From: Azolla caroliniana
Taxonomy: Eukaryota > Plantae > Polypodiophyta
Direction: 5' to 3'
Length of the DNA stretch: 64,000 nucleotides
NCBI GenBank assembly: GCA_043228905.1
Contig: JBHGNT010000011.1
Coordinates: 2,790,001 to 2,854,000, forward strand
Numbering within the stretch: position 1 is the first letter of the stretch; the number at the start of each line of letters is the position of its first letter. The notes under the pieces were generated by a model. It had not been told where the DNA came from, did not search any database, and worked only from the letters and a program-made list of their open reading frames with translations. This document shows, piece after piece, positions 1 through 13,027 of this stretch. The translations under genes were made by a program, and so were the position numbers.

Positions 1-226
1 AAGACAGTCATGTTCAAGGTTCTTCAATTTGATCTCTTAGTGTTTTCACACAATTTGGTGCATCATTTTTTGCAGTTATTCCGTAATTGGTTCTAGTGAA
101 TTCCTCCAAACTTCCCTACACTTTCTGCCAATTGTACATGAGACATTTTAAACAGCATCTTGTGTTGATGTTCTTTTGTTTCATAAAGTACCTGTCATCT
201 AAAGGCTTTATAATAACATGCTTCAG

Positions 227-3200
227 AGATGCGCGTGGTGAAGTGCAAAGGCTTATAGATACATTCAAGATTGCAGCCGAGGAAAGCACTAGAATGTAAG
301 CATTTTCTCAGGGAAATGAAAACTATATCAATGCTTGTAATTTAAATGCTTTGCTTCTAATATAATGGTGTCATGAAGCTTCGAAATTATAATAAATGTT
401 GCACAATCAACTATGTTTCATATGTTATTGTAAAGGAGGTAGAAAGATAGAATTCATAAAGTTTTTTAATCTGCTTTAAACTAAACCTCCAATCATGTAT
501 TTTAGATGTCTGCTCTGTTTCCTTTACAATTCACACAAAACAGTGTTGCTACATACTTTGTCGTGTCAGTTGCCCTCTCTGGATGTTATGCTATATGTAT
601 TTTAACCTTCTCAGGCTTTGGCTTCAGCAGGAATGTCTGAAAACTAAAAACTTTAAATGATTCACAAGTTTCTGAACTTCATTAACCCAGATCTGGAGAA
701 TATTCACAAATGGATATATCTGAACGAGCAAAAGGGTACCAAGCCCTGGTAAGTATGCTTTCAACTATTACCCTCTATTAACCCCTTTGTTATAGTATAA
801 AATGAAAAATTTGGCACGATTACGATGTGAATGGTTGAAAATTGTTGGTTTCTGAAATTTCTCGGGTATTCCTGACTCCAATATAAAAGTGACATTTGTG
901 GATTGCTTGAAATTTCTGTATCCAGGTTAGGAGATTCCCAATTGGACCAATCAGCATGATTAGCCCATTTAACTTTCCTCTGAACCTGGTATGTAGTTCT
1001 GAGTTCATATAATTATGATTTCTAAGACTTTAATAGAATTGGGAATTCCTGAAGAGTAGAAAGAGGTACCCCAATTTTTCTATATGAAAGTTCAAGGCAT
1101 ATTTTTTATAATCAGGCTGCACATAAGATCGCTCCTGCCTTGGCAGTTGGCTGTCCATTTGTCCTCAAGCCTGCAAGGTATGTTGAATCCTGCTGGAAGG
1201 ATTTCTGAGCTAATTTTAGTTTGTGAATTGATGAAGTAGAGTTATTTCTCCAGCCGAACCCCTATTGGTTCTTTACTACTGGGTGAGATATTGTCACGAT
1301 GTCGGCTACCAGAAGGAACATTTTCCATCCTTCCCTGTGCAAGAGATGGAGCTGAGCTTTTTACAGTTGATGAGCGATTCAAACTTGTCACATTCACCGG
1401 GTCACCCACTGTATGAATCTACATACATCTTTGTAATTTTGTACCTATACAAGGGAAAATAAATCTTCATGATGATCGAACATATTTCTTGCAGGTTGGG
1501 TGGGAAATAAAGAAGAAAGCCGGAAAAAAGAAAGTAGTGCTTGAATTGGGCGGAAATGCTGCATGTGTTGTTGAGGTTTTTCACATTTTTCATCATAAAT
1601 TTCTGTTTTATCAATAAATGACAAGTAATGTCACTATTGACACATTTCTTCATAATTCATTTAGGACTTTGTTCCAGACATACAAACTATCGTCTCGAGA
1701 ATTATTCACGGTGCATTCTATCAGAGTGGACAATCTTGTATCAGTGTACAGCGTGTATATATTCGTGATGTATGTATCTCATAGTCTCAACTGTTTGATA
1801 ATTTAGAAGACATAAGTAAATGTAATGCTATTTAAAGAATAAATGATAATTAACACCTAAAAAGTATTTTTAAGGATTGATACCTTAGAATTATTCTGTC
1901 CTAGCGCACCAGTTACTCTACCCGAAACCCAAAACTATTTAAAGCAATAGTAAGGGAAAATAGTGAAGGCAATGCAATGCCTCAAAAGAATGTGTTAATG
2001 TTTGATAGTTTGGAAGTATCCTGTCCTGGCACATCAGGTGCTTACCCTAAAACTTAAGCGGTTAAAACAATAGTAAATTGGAAGTTTTGATATAATTCAA
2101 TTCATATTAAAACATCATCATAATATTCTTAAAGCGATATCTTCATGAACTAATAGCATGTTACCGGATATTGCATTTAGAATTTTATACATCAGTGACC
2201 AGAATATTCAATTTACATGGAAGAAAATAAAAAATTGTTTGGCAACCTGAAAACAAATCTTTCCACATGAAGTGTGCAAAAGTTGTAAACATTCCTTGGA
2301 TAGATTGTGTCCTTAATTTTTTGTGTACTGAGGGAGGTTTGCATCTTTCATGAGGGAAATTTAGCAATTTAATGCCTCAAAACATCATGTGCAAAGTGCA
2401 CTGTGTTACAGCACCGCTTTTTGGAGACAAAACAATGAATCAACAATCAGGAACTAGTCGGAAGCAAGAGATGTTAATAGAAAACTATACATATGATTGA
2501 TTAAATTAAATATTAATTAAAATTAGAGGCTTATTTTTAAAAAAATTTAACATTACAAGCCAGACTTTCAAATACAATAGATAGCATCTTAGAAAGACAA
2601 TTCTAGTAAAGGATAAGTAGCATCGTGAAGTTGGATATTTCTTGTGTGTGTGTGTAGTAGTTGATATAGCATGGTATTGGAAAGCTGAATGATGAGCTCA
2701 CTAAATTTCATGGCTATGGCCACATCTCTTAATGTTTATGCAGGATCATTACAAAGTCCTGAAGGGTGCTTTGGTGAATGCAACATCTAAGCTTATCAAG
2801 GTTTATTAACTATATGTAGTGCTATGAATCTTGACATGTTTTGATGATGAAGTTCTAAAATTAATTAATGAAGCCTAATGATTGTTATTTATAGGGAGAT
2901 CCTTTGAATGAAGAAACGTTCATTGGACCTCTTATAGATGAACACGAGGCAATGCGGATTGAGAAGGCCGTGGCTAAGGCTGTTGCAGGTGGAGCAAGGT
3001 AAGAGCAGCACCCGAACGGGGATGTTCTATAGTAACCCATTGAAATCAACGCGCTAAATTATCTTTGCAGAATTTTGGTTGGTGGCAAGAGAGATGGCTG
3101 TTTCTATGATGCGACTATTTTGGAAGATGTGCATCCGAAAATGGAGGTATGAAATTTGTAGGAAATTTTGATAGATGATTAGCACTGATGTCATGTATGT

Positions 3201-5719
3201 GTAAACATATACTCAAATTCTTATGTATATATTTTGTGTCGGTGTGTTATGTATGTATGTACGCATACAAAAAATATATACACATAGGTGCATAGATATT
3301 AGTGTGTATGTATGATACATATTAGTCCGCTTACAGTTTACATGCTATATTACCTATGAAGCTAGAGGCAAGAAGCTACATGCAAAGTTTACTAGCATGA
3401 ATGAATGTAAATTAATTACTATTTTTCGAGTTGATGGTCTTTGAATTGAGGATACTCCCATTATATTAGATTATGCTTGCCTTTTAGGTATTTTTCTAAT
3501 ATTAATTCCATATGCAGATACATTGCGAGGAAGTCTTTGGTCCAGTTATGGTACTGATTTCATACAGTGACTTCAAATCTGTTATCCATGAAGTAAATCA
3601 ATCGAAGTTTGGCTTGCAGGCAAGTAATCTTATTCTTAAAATAATATTGTCCTAAATATTGAATGTTTTCCTAATTTTCATGGTTATCAAGATTGGAACA
3701 ATAAAAATGTGAGGAGTTCAGAGTAATAAACATGCAAAACAAGAAGGTATTTGAAATGAAGTGTAATATACCTTGAAATCTTTTCACACAGAGAGAATGA
3801 AAAATATGTTTACAGGCAGGAGTCTTTGTTAGTGATATAAACAAGGCATTTTATGCTTTTGAACATCTTGAAGTTGGAGGCGTAGTCATCAACGATGTGC
3901 CAAGCATGCGGATCGATTCACAAGTAAGTAAAAAGAAACTTTGTATAGATAGCTAAAGCTTTTTCATGTGCATGTAAAGTTCTTATAAACAAATTTTCCT
4001 TACTCCCAAGTAGCACTCCTTTTTTTTGGTGAAAACACATAATTATATTAATAAATGTGTATGAAAAACTTTACAATGGTACCACAACTGAATCATATCA
4101 CTGCTACATGGGTAGTGGGACATCTGTATCACTAGTAAAAAAGTCAAAACTCCATTGGGGGAAACTCGCTCCAATGAACAAAACTGCCACATCAATACTC
4201 CCTTCAACTTTCATTGATAGGCTCTAACTCCATATCTATCATCAAATGCAAAAACATTGCATATATCCCAATATTGACGCAATCCCCAATACCTCAGAAA
4301 TAAGAAAACCATCTGTCTTTGTTTTTCGATCAACTTGTGTGAATTGTGCAAACATTCGTGACTGTCTTAGCATCAAATAAAAACGTGACAAAACATGTCA
4401 AACTTGAGAAATGTACCTCAAATTTGATGAGCAACCAGGAATTGTATGGAAGGATGAGTACATTTTTTTACTTCAACAGTGTAAACAAAGCAATTGCCTA
4501 GTCCACATTTCTTTAGAGCTAATCCCAAAGCAAGCTCCCAACCATACTCTCCAAATGAAGTCCTTTGCAAGAAGTGGCAAATTAGAATGCCAACTATGTT
4601 TCACAATCTGCCACCATCCATAATTAGTGTTACATAGCTTCCATTCTTGTTCAGTTCAGCCAGAGACTCAATGGAGCAATGGTAGAAGAGATCGGTAGTC
4701 ACTGCGAACACCAATCAACCCATGCTTGCTCTTCCGTTTGTATAAACACCTCTTAGTACATAAGATCAAACGAGACTTCCTCCAATTAATATGCAATCAT
4801 GATGTGAAGAAAAGAAAGAAAGAAAGAAAGATATATTAATGTCTTCTAAGAGGCCAAAATGGCCAATAAGACCAAACAAGAGATTACATCTTGAGTGTTG
4901 TCTCGTCTTTGAGAACAACAAATCAAAATAGAAGTAGTACTCAGTAAATATAAAAGTAAATAAGATAAAACAGACGAGAGAATCTGGTTTTTGGCAAATG
5001 TGAGATTCTCAAGTTAGACATATTGTAACTTTTGTCTTCGAAAGATCTGTAGCATAGGTCGATCCAAAATAGAGAGGTCTCCGAAGCGAGTGAAGCACCT
5101 CCGATGGCGGGAGATAATGCCTATATCTGTCGATGACAAGGGTGCTGCAGTCGTGGTCCATGGGGCCGGGGCCTACATGCACGACAAATTGTATTGCCCG
5201 ATCTATTGTAACCCCTTTGTTCTGTCCTGGTCGGGAGCCTATTTGTGTATCCCTTGATTGACTTGTAACATTAGGAGTGGTGGGGCTAAAGAAAGTTATG
5301 ATTGTCCTTTGTGGATGAGCTTCTATGGCTGTATTATTGTCCTTCAACAACTTTTCCCTATGTATCTTGAGTTCTAGGAAGAAAAGTCCTAGGCACCATT
5401 GGTCCGCATATTCCATTACCTTGCATAGCAGGCCAAAGCCTTGTTTAAAGAGGCAATGGTATCTCCCTCTAAAGGCAAATGGTTCTATTTCTCTTTTTCA
5501 TTGCTTTTGCTTGTGGATATGAATTATTTATAAAGTTCTCCTTCCTCATGGAGTAGAATCTATTCTCTCTTTTTCATTGCTTTTGGTAATTTACTTTTGT
5601 AGCCATATGGAGGTGTCAAAGATTCAGGTCTTGGTCGTGAGGGGTTGAAATATGCAATGGAAGACATGACGGAGCTCCGAGTGATGATGCTTCATAATGT
5701 TGGTCAATTGACTAATTAA
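227..5719 (+). CDS. ALDH21: Aldehyde dehydrogenase family 21 (NADP-dependent succinic semialdehyde dehydrogenase type), 5'-partial, 13 exons in window
   Basis: Exons 227-295, 691-748, 926-988, 1116-1177, 1254-1410, 1495-1575, 1665-1769, 2744-2800, 2895-2998, 3071-3146, 3518-3619, 3816-3923 and 5603-5719 splice in frame. Motifs: [41 protein letters not shown] (catalytic Glu), GQSCIS (catalytic Cys), [20 protein letters not shown], then TAA at 5717-5719. Closely resembles moss ALDH21A1 as I recall it. Confidence 0.92.
4030..4780 (-). mobile_element. Degenerate L1-like LINE 3' fragment in the last ALDH intron
   Basis: Homologous to 52620-52900 (shared TGCCACAT.A.TACTCCCTTCAACTTT ... ATATCCCAAT..GACGCAATCCCCAAT). 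The minus-strand translation has Trp-rich remnants resembling an L1 ORF2 C-terminus. Boundaries approximate. Confidence 0.5.
4808..4875 (-). mobile_element. 3' tail of a SINE/LINE with (TTTC)n end
   Basis: Reverse complement GGTCTTATTGGCCATTTTGGCCTCTTAGAAGACATTAATATATCTTTCTTTCTTTC matches the tail at 58815-58870. Confidence 0.6.
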
Positions 5720-7059
5720 TTGAGGTTATTTTGGCTCACTTCTCGCGAGAAACTTTATATTTTTATTTTTTGGATGCTTAGGGAAGAGATACAATGAACA
5801 CATTTGGATTGTATTTGTATACAAACATATCTCATATTTGACAAGGTGTTTTTCCTTGGAAGACCAAAAAAAAAAAAATAATAACAACTTGTCCAAATCA
5901 ACTTTTTTTTTTTGAGGGTTCACAATGACATGGATGCGTGCATGTGGTTTGTACATCTAAGACATCTTAGTATATATGAACCTAACAAAGTGCGTAAGCT
6001 ATGCCAAAAATCATTTGCAACATCGAGATTTTTATAGTTATTCATTCACTATGCTTTCTACCCTTTTGTTGGGATTAGCATATCTTGGGAAGGATCTCAT
6101 TAACTTGTCCAACTTAAATAGGTGATGGATTGGCATTACATAGGGTTTTGTTTTGATATGTAGAAGTTGTAATAATCGAGAGACATAGGCAAGGCAAGTT
6201 CATTTTATTAATTATGTGGTAATCATTTACAAATACAAAATTCAACACTACTAATTCTAGTAAGAAGTTATGAGTACCGTACAACAAGGGAAATAGATGA
6301 TCTAGGCTTAATAAAGGGCTCATGAGATCAATAGATGAAAAAGTGCCAAGCATAAAAATCGACATTGAAATCCTAGTGTTTGAAATGAAAAATTGTTTCA
6401 TGTCCATTGTACCTATTCATGGAGAGTCATTTCAGTGATATAACAAATCTCCATTTCTTCCTCTCCCTTGAGAAAATAAGATCTCTTTATTCTCAATTTT
6501 AATGTTCTTCCTTATCCTACAATCCTCTCTCGATTTCTTCTCCCGAAACATTATCACACCAACTCCAAAATCACCCTTTATGATTATGGCCCTTTCTTTG
6601 TCTTTATAATTTCTTCATATACAAATAACAACATTTGCTGATTTGGGAGTTCAGTTCCATAAAAGATGGAGTAGAATAATTTGAATGGAGTGCTTTTTCA
6701 TATGGAAAGCAATATCGTATTGAGTAGCCAATGTGAAGCATGTGGGTACAAGAGTTTCATTGTTATTGTAAAGAAGTTGGTATTACATAGTTGAACAAAG
6801 CATTTTAAGATCCAACACTACACCATACAAGAAATCATTTCAAATGGGAAGGTGAATTTGGAGTATTATGTTTCAAAGGACAAATGTGCACAATGGGGGG
6901 TTGAAGCTTGGCAAGATTAAGAAGTTACCATAGAACATTCATGTAAGAGAATATCAACAATAAGAGATGAACGAGTTTGATGAGGTGGGAGTTCATTCCT
7001 ATAAAAGATGAAACATAATACATTGGGTATGGGTAAAGCATTTGAGGGTGATTGTCGAT

Positions 7060-7213
7060 GTGAACAAGGAGGCACACGTGTATGAAGATGTATTTGAGCT
7101 TTGCCACGCTATCAAAGTCTTTATCTCAAACAATAAAGAAAAGAGATTCCCCTTCATAAAGGTAGTTAACCTTCTTATATAGGCTCAAACGCTAGGCCCT
7201 TGTATGTTTCACA
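7060..7213 (-). repeat. LTR-like fragment shared with 33455-33591
   Basis: Both copies contain AGGAGGCACAC.TGTATGAAG ... TATCTCAAACAATAAAGAAAAGAGA ... CTTCTTATATAG ... CCCTTGTATGTTTCACA, giving a TG terminus and TATA box on the minus strand. Confidence 0.5.
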
Positions 7214-7249
7214 ATCGGTAGTTTTGTTTTATAAAAATTGGCCAAGAGA

Positions 7250-9520
7250 TGAAACACTTTAAAGCTATCCCCTACTGTAGGATTGAGATAACTCAATCCT
7301 CACCCTTTATTTCTTATGAATTAACCCAACATAAAATAATTTTATCTAGTTGATGTACGTTTGGAGCTATTATAAGTGAACTCCAAAATAGGAAACTATT
7401 GTTTCACTTATTAAGTTTCTTAGAGACACATCCTCGAAGCATATCCACCATGACCTGATTAGCTTGTTTTGTTTGTCAATTAGTCTAAGGGTGGTCTATG
7501 GAAATCATGCTCAAAGTAATTTCTAGTTTCTTAAATACTTGCATCCAAAAATCACTAGTAAACTTAGTATCTCTGCCGCTTGCTATATTCATCAATTAGT
7601 CGTTCAATCAAAATAACTTATTGATGAGTTGGTAAGCAAAGTTTTGTTGTCGTGGATTTTCTTAGAATAAATTTGGCGATTTTTGTTAATCTATCAACGA
7701 CCACTCAAATAGCATCACGATATTTTTTAGTGCTTGGTAAACTAATAATTAACAATGGGCCTGATTTTGACTCAAACCGAACCAAACCATTAAACCGTAG
7801 TTTAACAGTTTATTGGTTCGAAGATAAATAAACAGTTTGGTTTAGTTTTAAATGTTATTATTCGGGTTGATTTTGAATTTCATGATTTAGCTGTTTATCT
7901 GTTTCGGTTTATGTGGTTTGGTTTAAAGGTTTATAGGTTAAAAAATACTCCTAAATTTTCCCTATAGGCTCTAACTTTTAACTTTTTATGTTAGACCCTA
8001 GTTTTAATTTATTAAATTTTATATGCATTATATGTAGAGTCTCCTTTTCATTTATGACAACCAAATTTATGATAAGTATGATGACCAAAATTATAATAAG
8101 TATGATGATCAATATCTGTAAAAAGTGGTTTGGTTTGGTTTGGTCTTGATTTATGATAAACCGATTTTATTTGGTTCTAAATTTTCTGTAAACGGTTTGG
8201 TTTAAATGGCTTCATAATTTTTAAATAGTTTAGTTCGATTTTTATTATAAATAAATGGTTTGGTTTCAAGGCCAAGAAACCAAACTGAACTGAAATCAAA
8301 CCAGGCCCATTGCTACTAATAATGAAATCCATTGAAATACTTTCCCACTTGTTATTAGGAATATCTAAAGGATGTAAAGGACTTGTATCCTTAATATATT
8401 GAGCCTTGTTAACTTGAGATTGGTGACATTTAATCATATAATCTTCTACATGATGATGCATTTTACGCCTAAATTTTGAGTAGAGATAAAAACAAGTGTA
8501 CGATGTACCCTGAGATGCCTTGTTGAGGGTGCATCATGACAATCCAAAATAGATTTCTTTTTCTACCTTAGGCAAGTTAGGGACACAAACCTTTCCATTA
8601 CATTGGAGTAGAATGTTTGTAATGTAAAAGGTTTCTTTGGAGGATGAAGTGTTTATGGCATCTAAGCTAGATTAAACTCTAACTCAAAACTTTCTAAAAT
8701 AATTTTCATGAAGGTACTTTCCTAGATGATGTTCATATAGATCAGATTTAATTTGAGTGAAGTTAAGCATATTAACTTCATGAATACAACTCAAAGAATT
8801 AGTGACAATGTTCATGGATCCTTTACACTATCATATAGAAAAATCGAAACTATATTCAATGAGTTCTATCCATCATGCCTTATGACCCATGATGTCTTGT
8901 TTGTCACAAAGATATTTCAAGGATTGATGGTTCATAGTTACCGCAACATAATTTCCATATAAGTGATATCTCCGTGACTTAAGTGCATGTATGGTTGAAA
9001 ATAGTCCTTTTTTTTAACTAAGTACCAACACCAAGTAGGAGTAAGTTTCTTAGTCTCAAATGCGGCGGTTTTGGCATCTTGATACAAAACTACCCTACTG
9101 CATAATCACTTGCATCATTCTCAACCTCATTTAAGGTTTAAATGGGCCTGGTAAGAGAAGTGAAGGAGCCTGGCGCACATTTTCTTTGAGTGTTCTAATG
9201 GACTCATCTAGATGACCATTCCAATGGATTGGTTTTGTAGGCTTGTGTGTTTGACCTATTAAAAGGTTTGTAAATGGTGTCGTCAATTGGGAGTAATTGC
9301 AAATGGATTTTCATAGAAACCCACAAAACCTAAAAAATGAACGTAGTTCTCAAATGGTACGAGGAGTACGTCATAGTTTGACTTTCTCTATTCGAGAATA
9401 ATAAGTTTTTACACCTCGTTTCGTGATCAAATGTCCAAGATATGTAATCTACTTCTTAAAAAACTTACATTTCAATATCTTGGCATAAAAACACTGGGTC
9501 ATTTAGAACATGTAATATGT
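7250..9520 (-). mobile_element. Degenerate Ty3/gypsy pol fragment (end of RT, RNase H, integrase), same family as 11231-18636
   Basis: ORF 8177..8461 (KCHQSQVNKA...LDIPNNKWESISMDFII) is nearly the same as the integrase at about 16255-16370. Many stops and frameshifts; interrupted by a MITE. Confidence 0.85.
7750..8315. mobile_element. hAT-type MITE (566 bp)
   Basis: TIRs TAACAATGGGCCTG / CAGGCCCATTGCTA; perfect 8-bp TSD CTAATAAT (7742-7749, 8316-8323); subterminal AAACC(G/A) repeats. Removing it restores the integrase reading MDFIISLPST. Confidence 0.88.
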
Positions 9521-10750
9521 CGCATTCCTTTATTGATAAATACATGAGATGTCAAGAATTACAATTTTTTAACAAACTTTCAAGAATGTATCATGCATGC
9601 GCACATGACTTTTAAAAACATCAATAAAAAACACAATTAATATTATGAATATTTCAAATTTAACCTGTATTCTCTCAATTCATACACATATTTAGCCAAA
9701 CATTCGCTTAGATTACGAGAATGCTTTCAACTATCATTGTAATATGGTTCATTTTACATAATGTTGACTTTGAATCCAATTGAACAATTTTAGAAACACA
9801 ATTTTAATGCTATATTTCTCTCTAACTCCTATAAAGCTTGTTATATTAAATGAGCAAATTGCATTTTTGGGTATAATTAGACACATATTCACAAGTAAAT
9901 ATCACATTATATACCTCACATGCCCAAAAACTTCTACGAACATTATGTCCCAATCATATATGAACAACCTAAATGTAAAATCAAGTGAGCAACAATGTTG
10001 ACTTAATATTATTCTGTACACTCGAAACTAAATAACCAAGATTAAAGAGCTCAAAAATCCAAGAATAAAGTTAAATTCAATTATATTAATAAAGAAACAA
10101 TTATAACCAACATTTGTCATACAATCGATAAGTTCATCATCATTTATTCAATAAAAATTATACCTAACAACCACATACTTTGCGAGTCAACCAATACAAA
10201 TATATGATAGACAATTAAAGTTTGCAAACCAATCAGATAGTGTAAAGAAATGGTACTCAAACAAATAATCTTATATTCCAAAAAACAAGTTTAGTGTTAC
10301 AATTTTATAGTTACAAATACAAACTAATATACAATCACTCTATTAGGAGGTCTAGAACAGGCTGCTCTCCATGATCAGTTGATAGTGGTGCTACATCAAC
10401 ACCATGTTCTATCTCCTCAATTGAATCATGTATATTGGAACCCGATGCATCTTCTATCATGATATAGCAAGATTCAAACCCATGACCTTATGTTACATGG
10501 GTCAAGCTCTTGACAATTAAACTATATATTGCAATACCAAAGATATTATTTTCATTTAAGTTTTACTATAGAAAATAGATGTATATTCCAGATTTCTTTG
10601 GAACATTCTAGAAACTTTAGGAGTACTCCTAAGAACACTATAAAAGGAGGCACAAGGCATTATTTCGAACCAAATCGGTTCAACGCCAGTCTTAAGCCTC
10701 CTAGCTACTACTGTACATTCTCTTAACATAATATATATCTTTTGTTATCA

Positions 10751-10754
<4 letters not shown>

Positions 10755-10795
<41 letters not shown>
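10755..10795. repeat. (CT)n microsatellite in the leader of element A
   Basis: About 20 CT units. Confidence 0.9.
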
Positions 10796-10799
<4 letters not shown>

Positions 10800-11230
10800 T
10801 TCTCTCGAGAGTTCTACACCTCCTTTAGGACTAATCCTCATCTTTAATACTAATTCCTTCTCTGTCTTAGTGTTGTTCCTGAAGTACTTCTCTTCTTAAT
10901 ATTGTTCCTGACAGTTTGAACCGATTTAGTCTCCTTCCTTCTCTTCCTTTTATCTTCTTACTTCTCCCTCCCTTCATACTAATCTCTTATTCCCCTTTTC
11001 TCTCATACTATGGCCACTGTTAACGCTCAAGAATATCAATCCGTTTTCTTGGAGTTGCAATGCTTGAAAGAGAAGTTTCTCGCATTGGAACAAGAAAATC
11101 AACGACTATTGGGGGAGCTTCAACAAATCTCCTTAGAGAAGCAGCAGACGCAACAACAACATGGGGAACTAGCATTACACGTGCAACAACTCGAAGCGAC
11201 CATTGTATCGTTGCAACAACAAGGACCAAG

Positions 11231-11685
11231 TGTTATGGGCATGACCATTTAATATCCCGTGGTGAGAATTTACCATAGTATTCTATACACGTGGATAAGT
11301 GTGAGGGTTAAACGAGAGTGTAAAGAAGGGGAGGATTACTTTTAATCCTTGGGATTGAGACAACCCATTAGGTCAAGTGTGAACTTGCCTGGGGGCCTTG
11401 GGTATTGCTATAAATAAGAGGCCTAGCTACCCTCATTTGATTATCTTTTGACTACATCGAGACTCTGCTCTTGTGGTGGGTCAACTCTTGTAGCGAGCAC
11501 GCCAGCACTAGGTACGACTCGACGCCACGGCGGTGGTATGGGATGCCGATCGAGGCTCGAGTCCGTCTCGATCCCTTCGATCGGGGGTGGTCGGGTGGAT
11601 CGGCACCCTTCTTTCTCTTTCTCCTTTCTATCTATCATTAGTTTATCCTTATCTTAAGCTTACTTTAGTACCTAGATCTCTAATA
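11231..11685 (+). repeat. 5' LTR of element B
   Basis: TGTTA...CTAATA; TATA box CTATAAATA at about 11408; direct repeat of 17420-17424 plus 18187-18636. Confidence 0.95.
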
Positions 11686-11687
11686 TT

Positions 11688-11699
11688 TGGTATCAGAGC
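11688..11699 (+). promoter_or_regulatory. Primer binding site (tRNA-iMet)
   Basis: TGGTATCAGAGC, 2 nt after the LTR end. Confidence 0.92.
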
Positions 11700-13027
11700 T
11701 ATGTACTAATGTTTCTTTGTTTGTCTTTTGTCTTTTGATTGATGGTGATCGATCGATGTGCGGTTGGCCTTGATCCAGACAACGATCAACAAAGAACTTC
11801 GATAACTCTTTCCGTAATTTTTTTTTTTATTCTCTCTTCTTCCATCTAATCATGTGTTTAGTTTATATGTCATTTTTTTTCACTAAGTCAATGATGTTGT
11901 AGTGGTCTTTAATTGATTATCTAAAACGTTTACATATGTGCACGAGGTCAATACCTCGTTTGACATATAAATAATATGTGATGAGTGTCGTATCCTTGTC
12001 GGGAAAAGGATGTTGGTGGCCTTCCTCACATTTTTGTGAGAATGGCGTTGTCACCATCCCTTTTTCAACAATTTTTTATTGTTGACAACCCCATTGATGA
12101 CCTCAATTTCGTTACGTAAAGAAACGCCTATAGCCATAATGATGTTGAGTACGTAGGGCTTGACCCACTTCAAGTGAGGTCGCTCCAATGACACATGTAT
12201 CCAACATCCCTCCCTCGTTACATGGATACGATGCCACCATGAGCTCGTTCTTACAAGAGGCATTCGTAATGACGTGACCATGTGATGGGCCACGTGGGCC
12301 TACTACGAAACGAGGGCTCATTTGGCTTGACCATTAGGTTGCACTTGGGCGTATGCCATCGTAATTACGAGACTTGAGGTTAGGTAACGTACCAACATAG
12401 TTTTGGTAAATGAGGGCAAAATAAGGACCCTTGACATATATGTTCTTTTAAAAAATATATATATGATCAAATGCCTCGCATATCTCTTATACGCATCAAA
12501 TATTAAGCATTCAAGAAGAGCAACTTACTTGGTTGGCTCAAGTGTTTAATGTATTTGTTCTCGAGATCTCGAGTTCAAATATGACTAAGACCATACAACA
12601 TCCTTGATACATATGACTATGACACATGTTTAGACTTAAGGTCTAAGTGCACCTCGGGGTCCTCGTAATAGGACTTAAAGAGCCGAAACCACATATGTGG
12701 GCAAAGAAACATAGTTTATTGTTAACATTTTTTTCATGTATAAACTACTCATGACGCGAACATACATGGTTGAGCCTCAGGGAGCCGCCATGAAAAAATC
12801 GATATAGAGATCAAGGAAAGACATTAAATTGTCACCCCCATGGTTTTTAAAACACCTTTGTGTTACCATAGTAACCTGATCTTGAACCTTATCTCATACA
12901 TCTAGAGGGGTATTGACTTGAGATCATGATATCAATTAATGTTTGCCCATGATATGTTTACATCACGACATGATGTTATGACTATCTCTCTGACCTTATC
13001 CTATTTCTTTTCCAGAAATTATCTTTA

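Noticed and set aside
1-82. Possible upstream ALDH exon (KTVMFK|GT at 1-18) or micro-exon at 76-82
   Set aside because: Splice phases do not join to the exon at 227 and the expected GKPI segment is absent; treated as intron.
5009-5416. 135-aa minus-strand ORF in the ALDH intron
   Set aside because: No recognisable motif; lies among retroelement debris.
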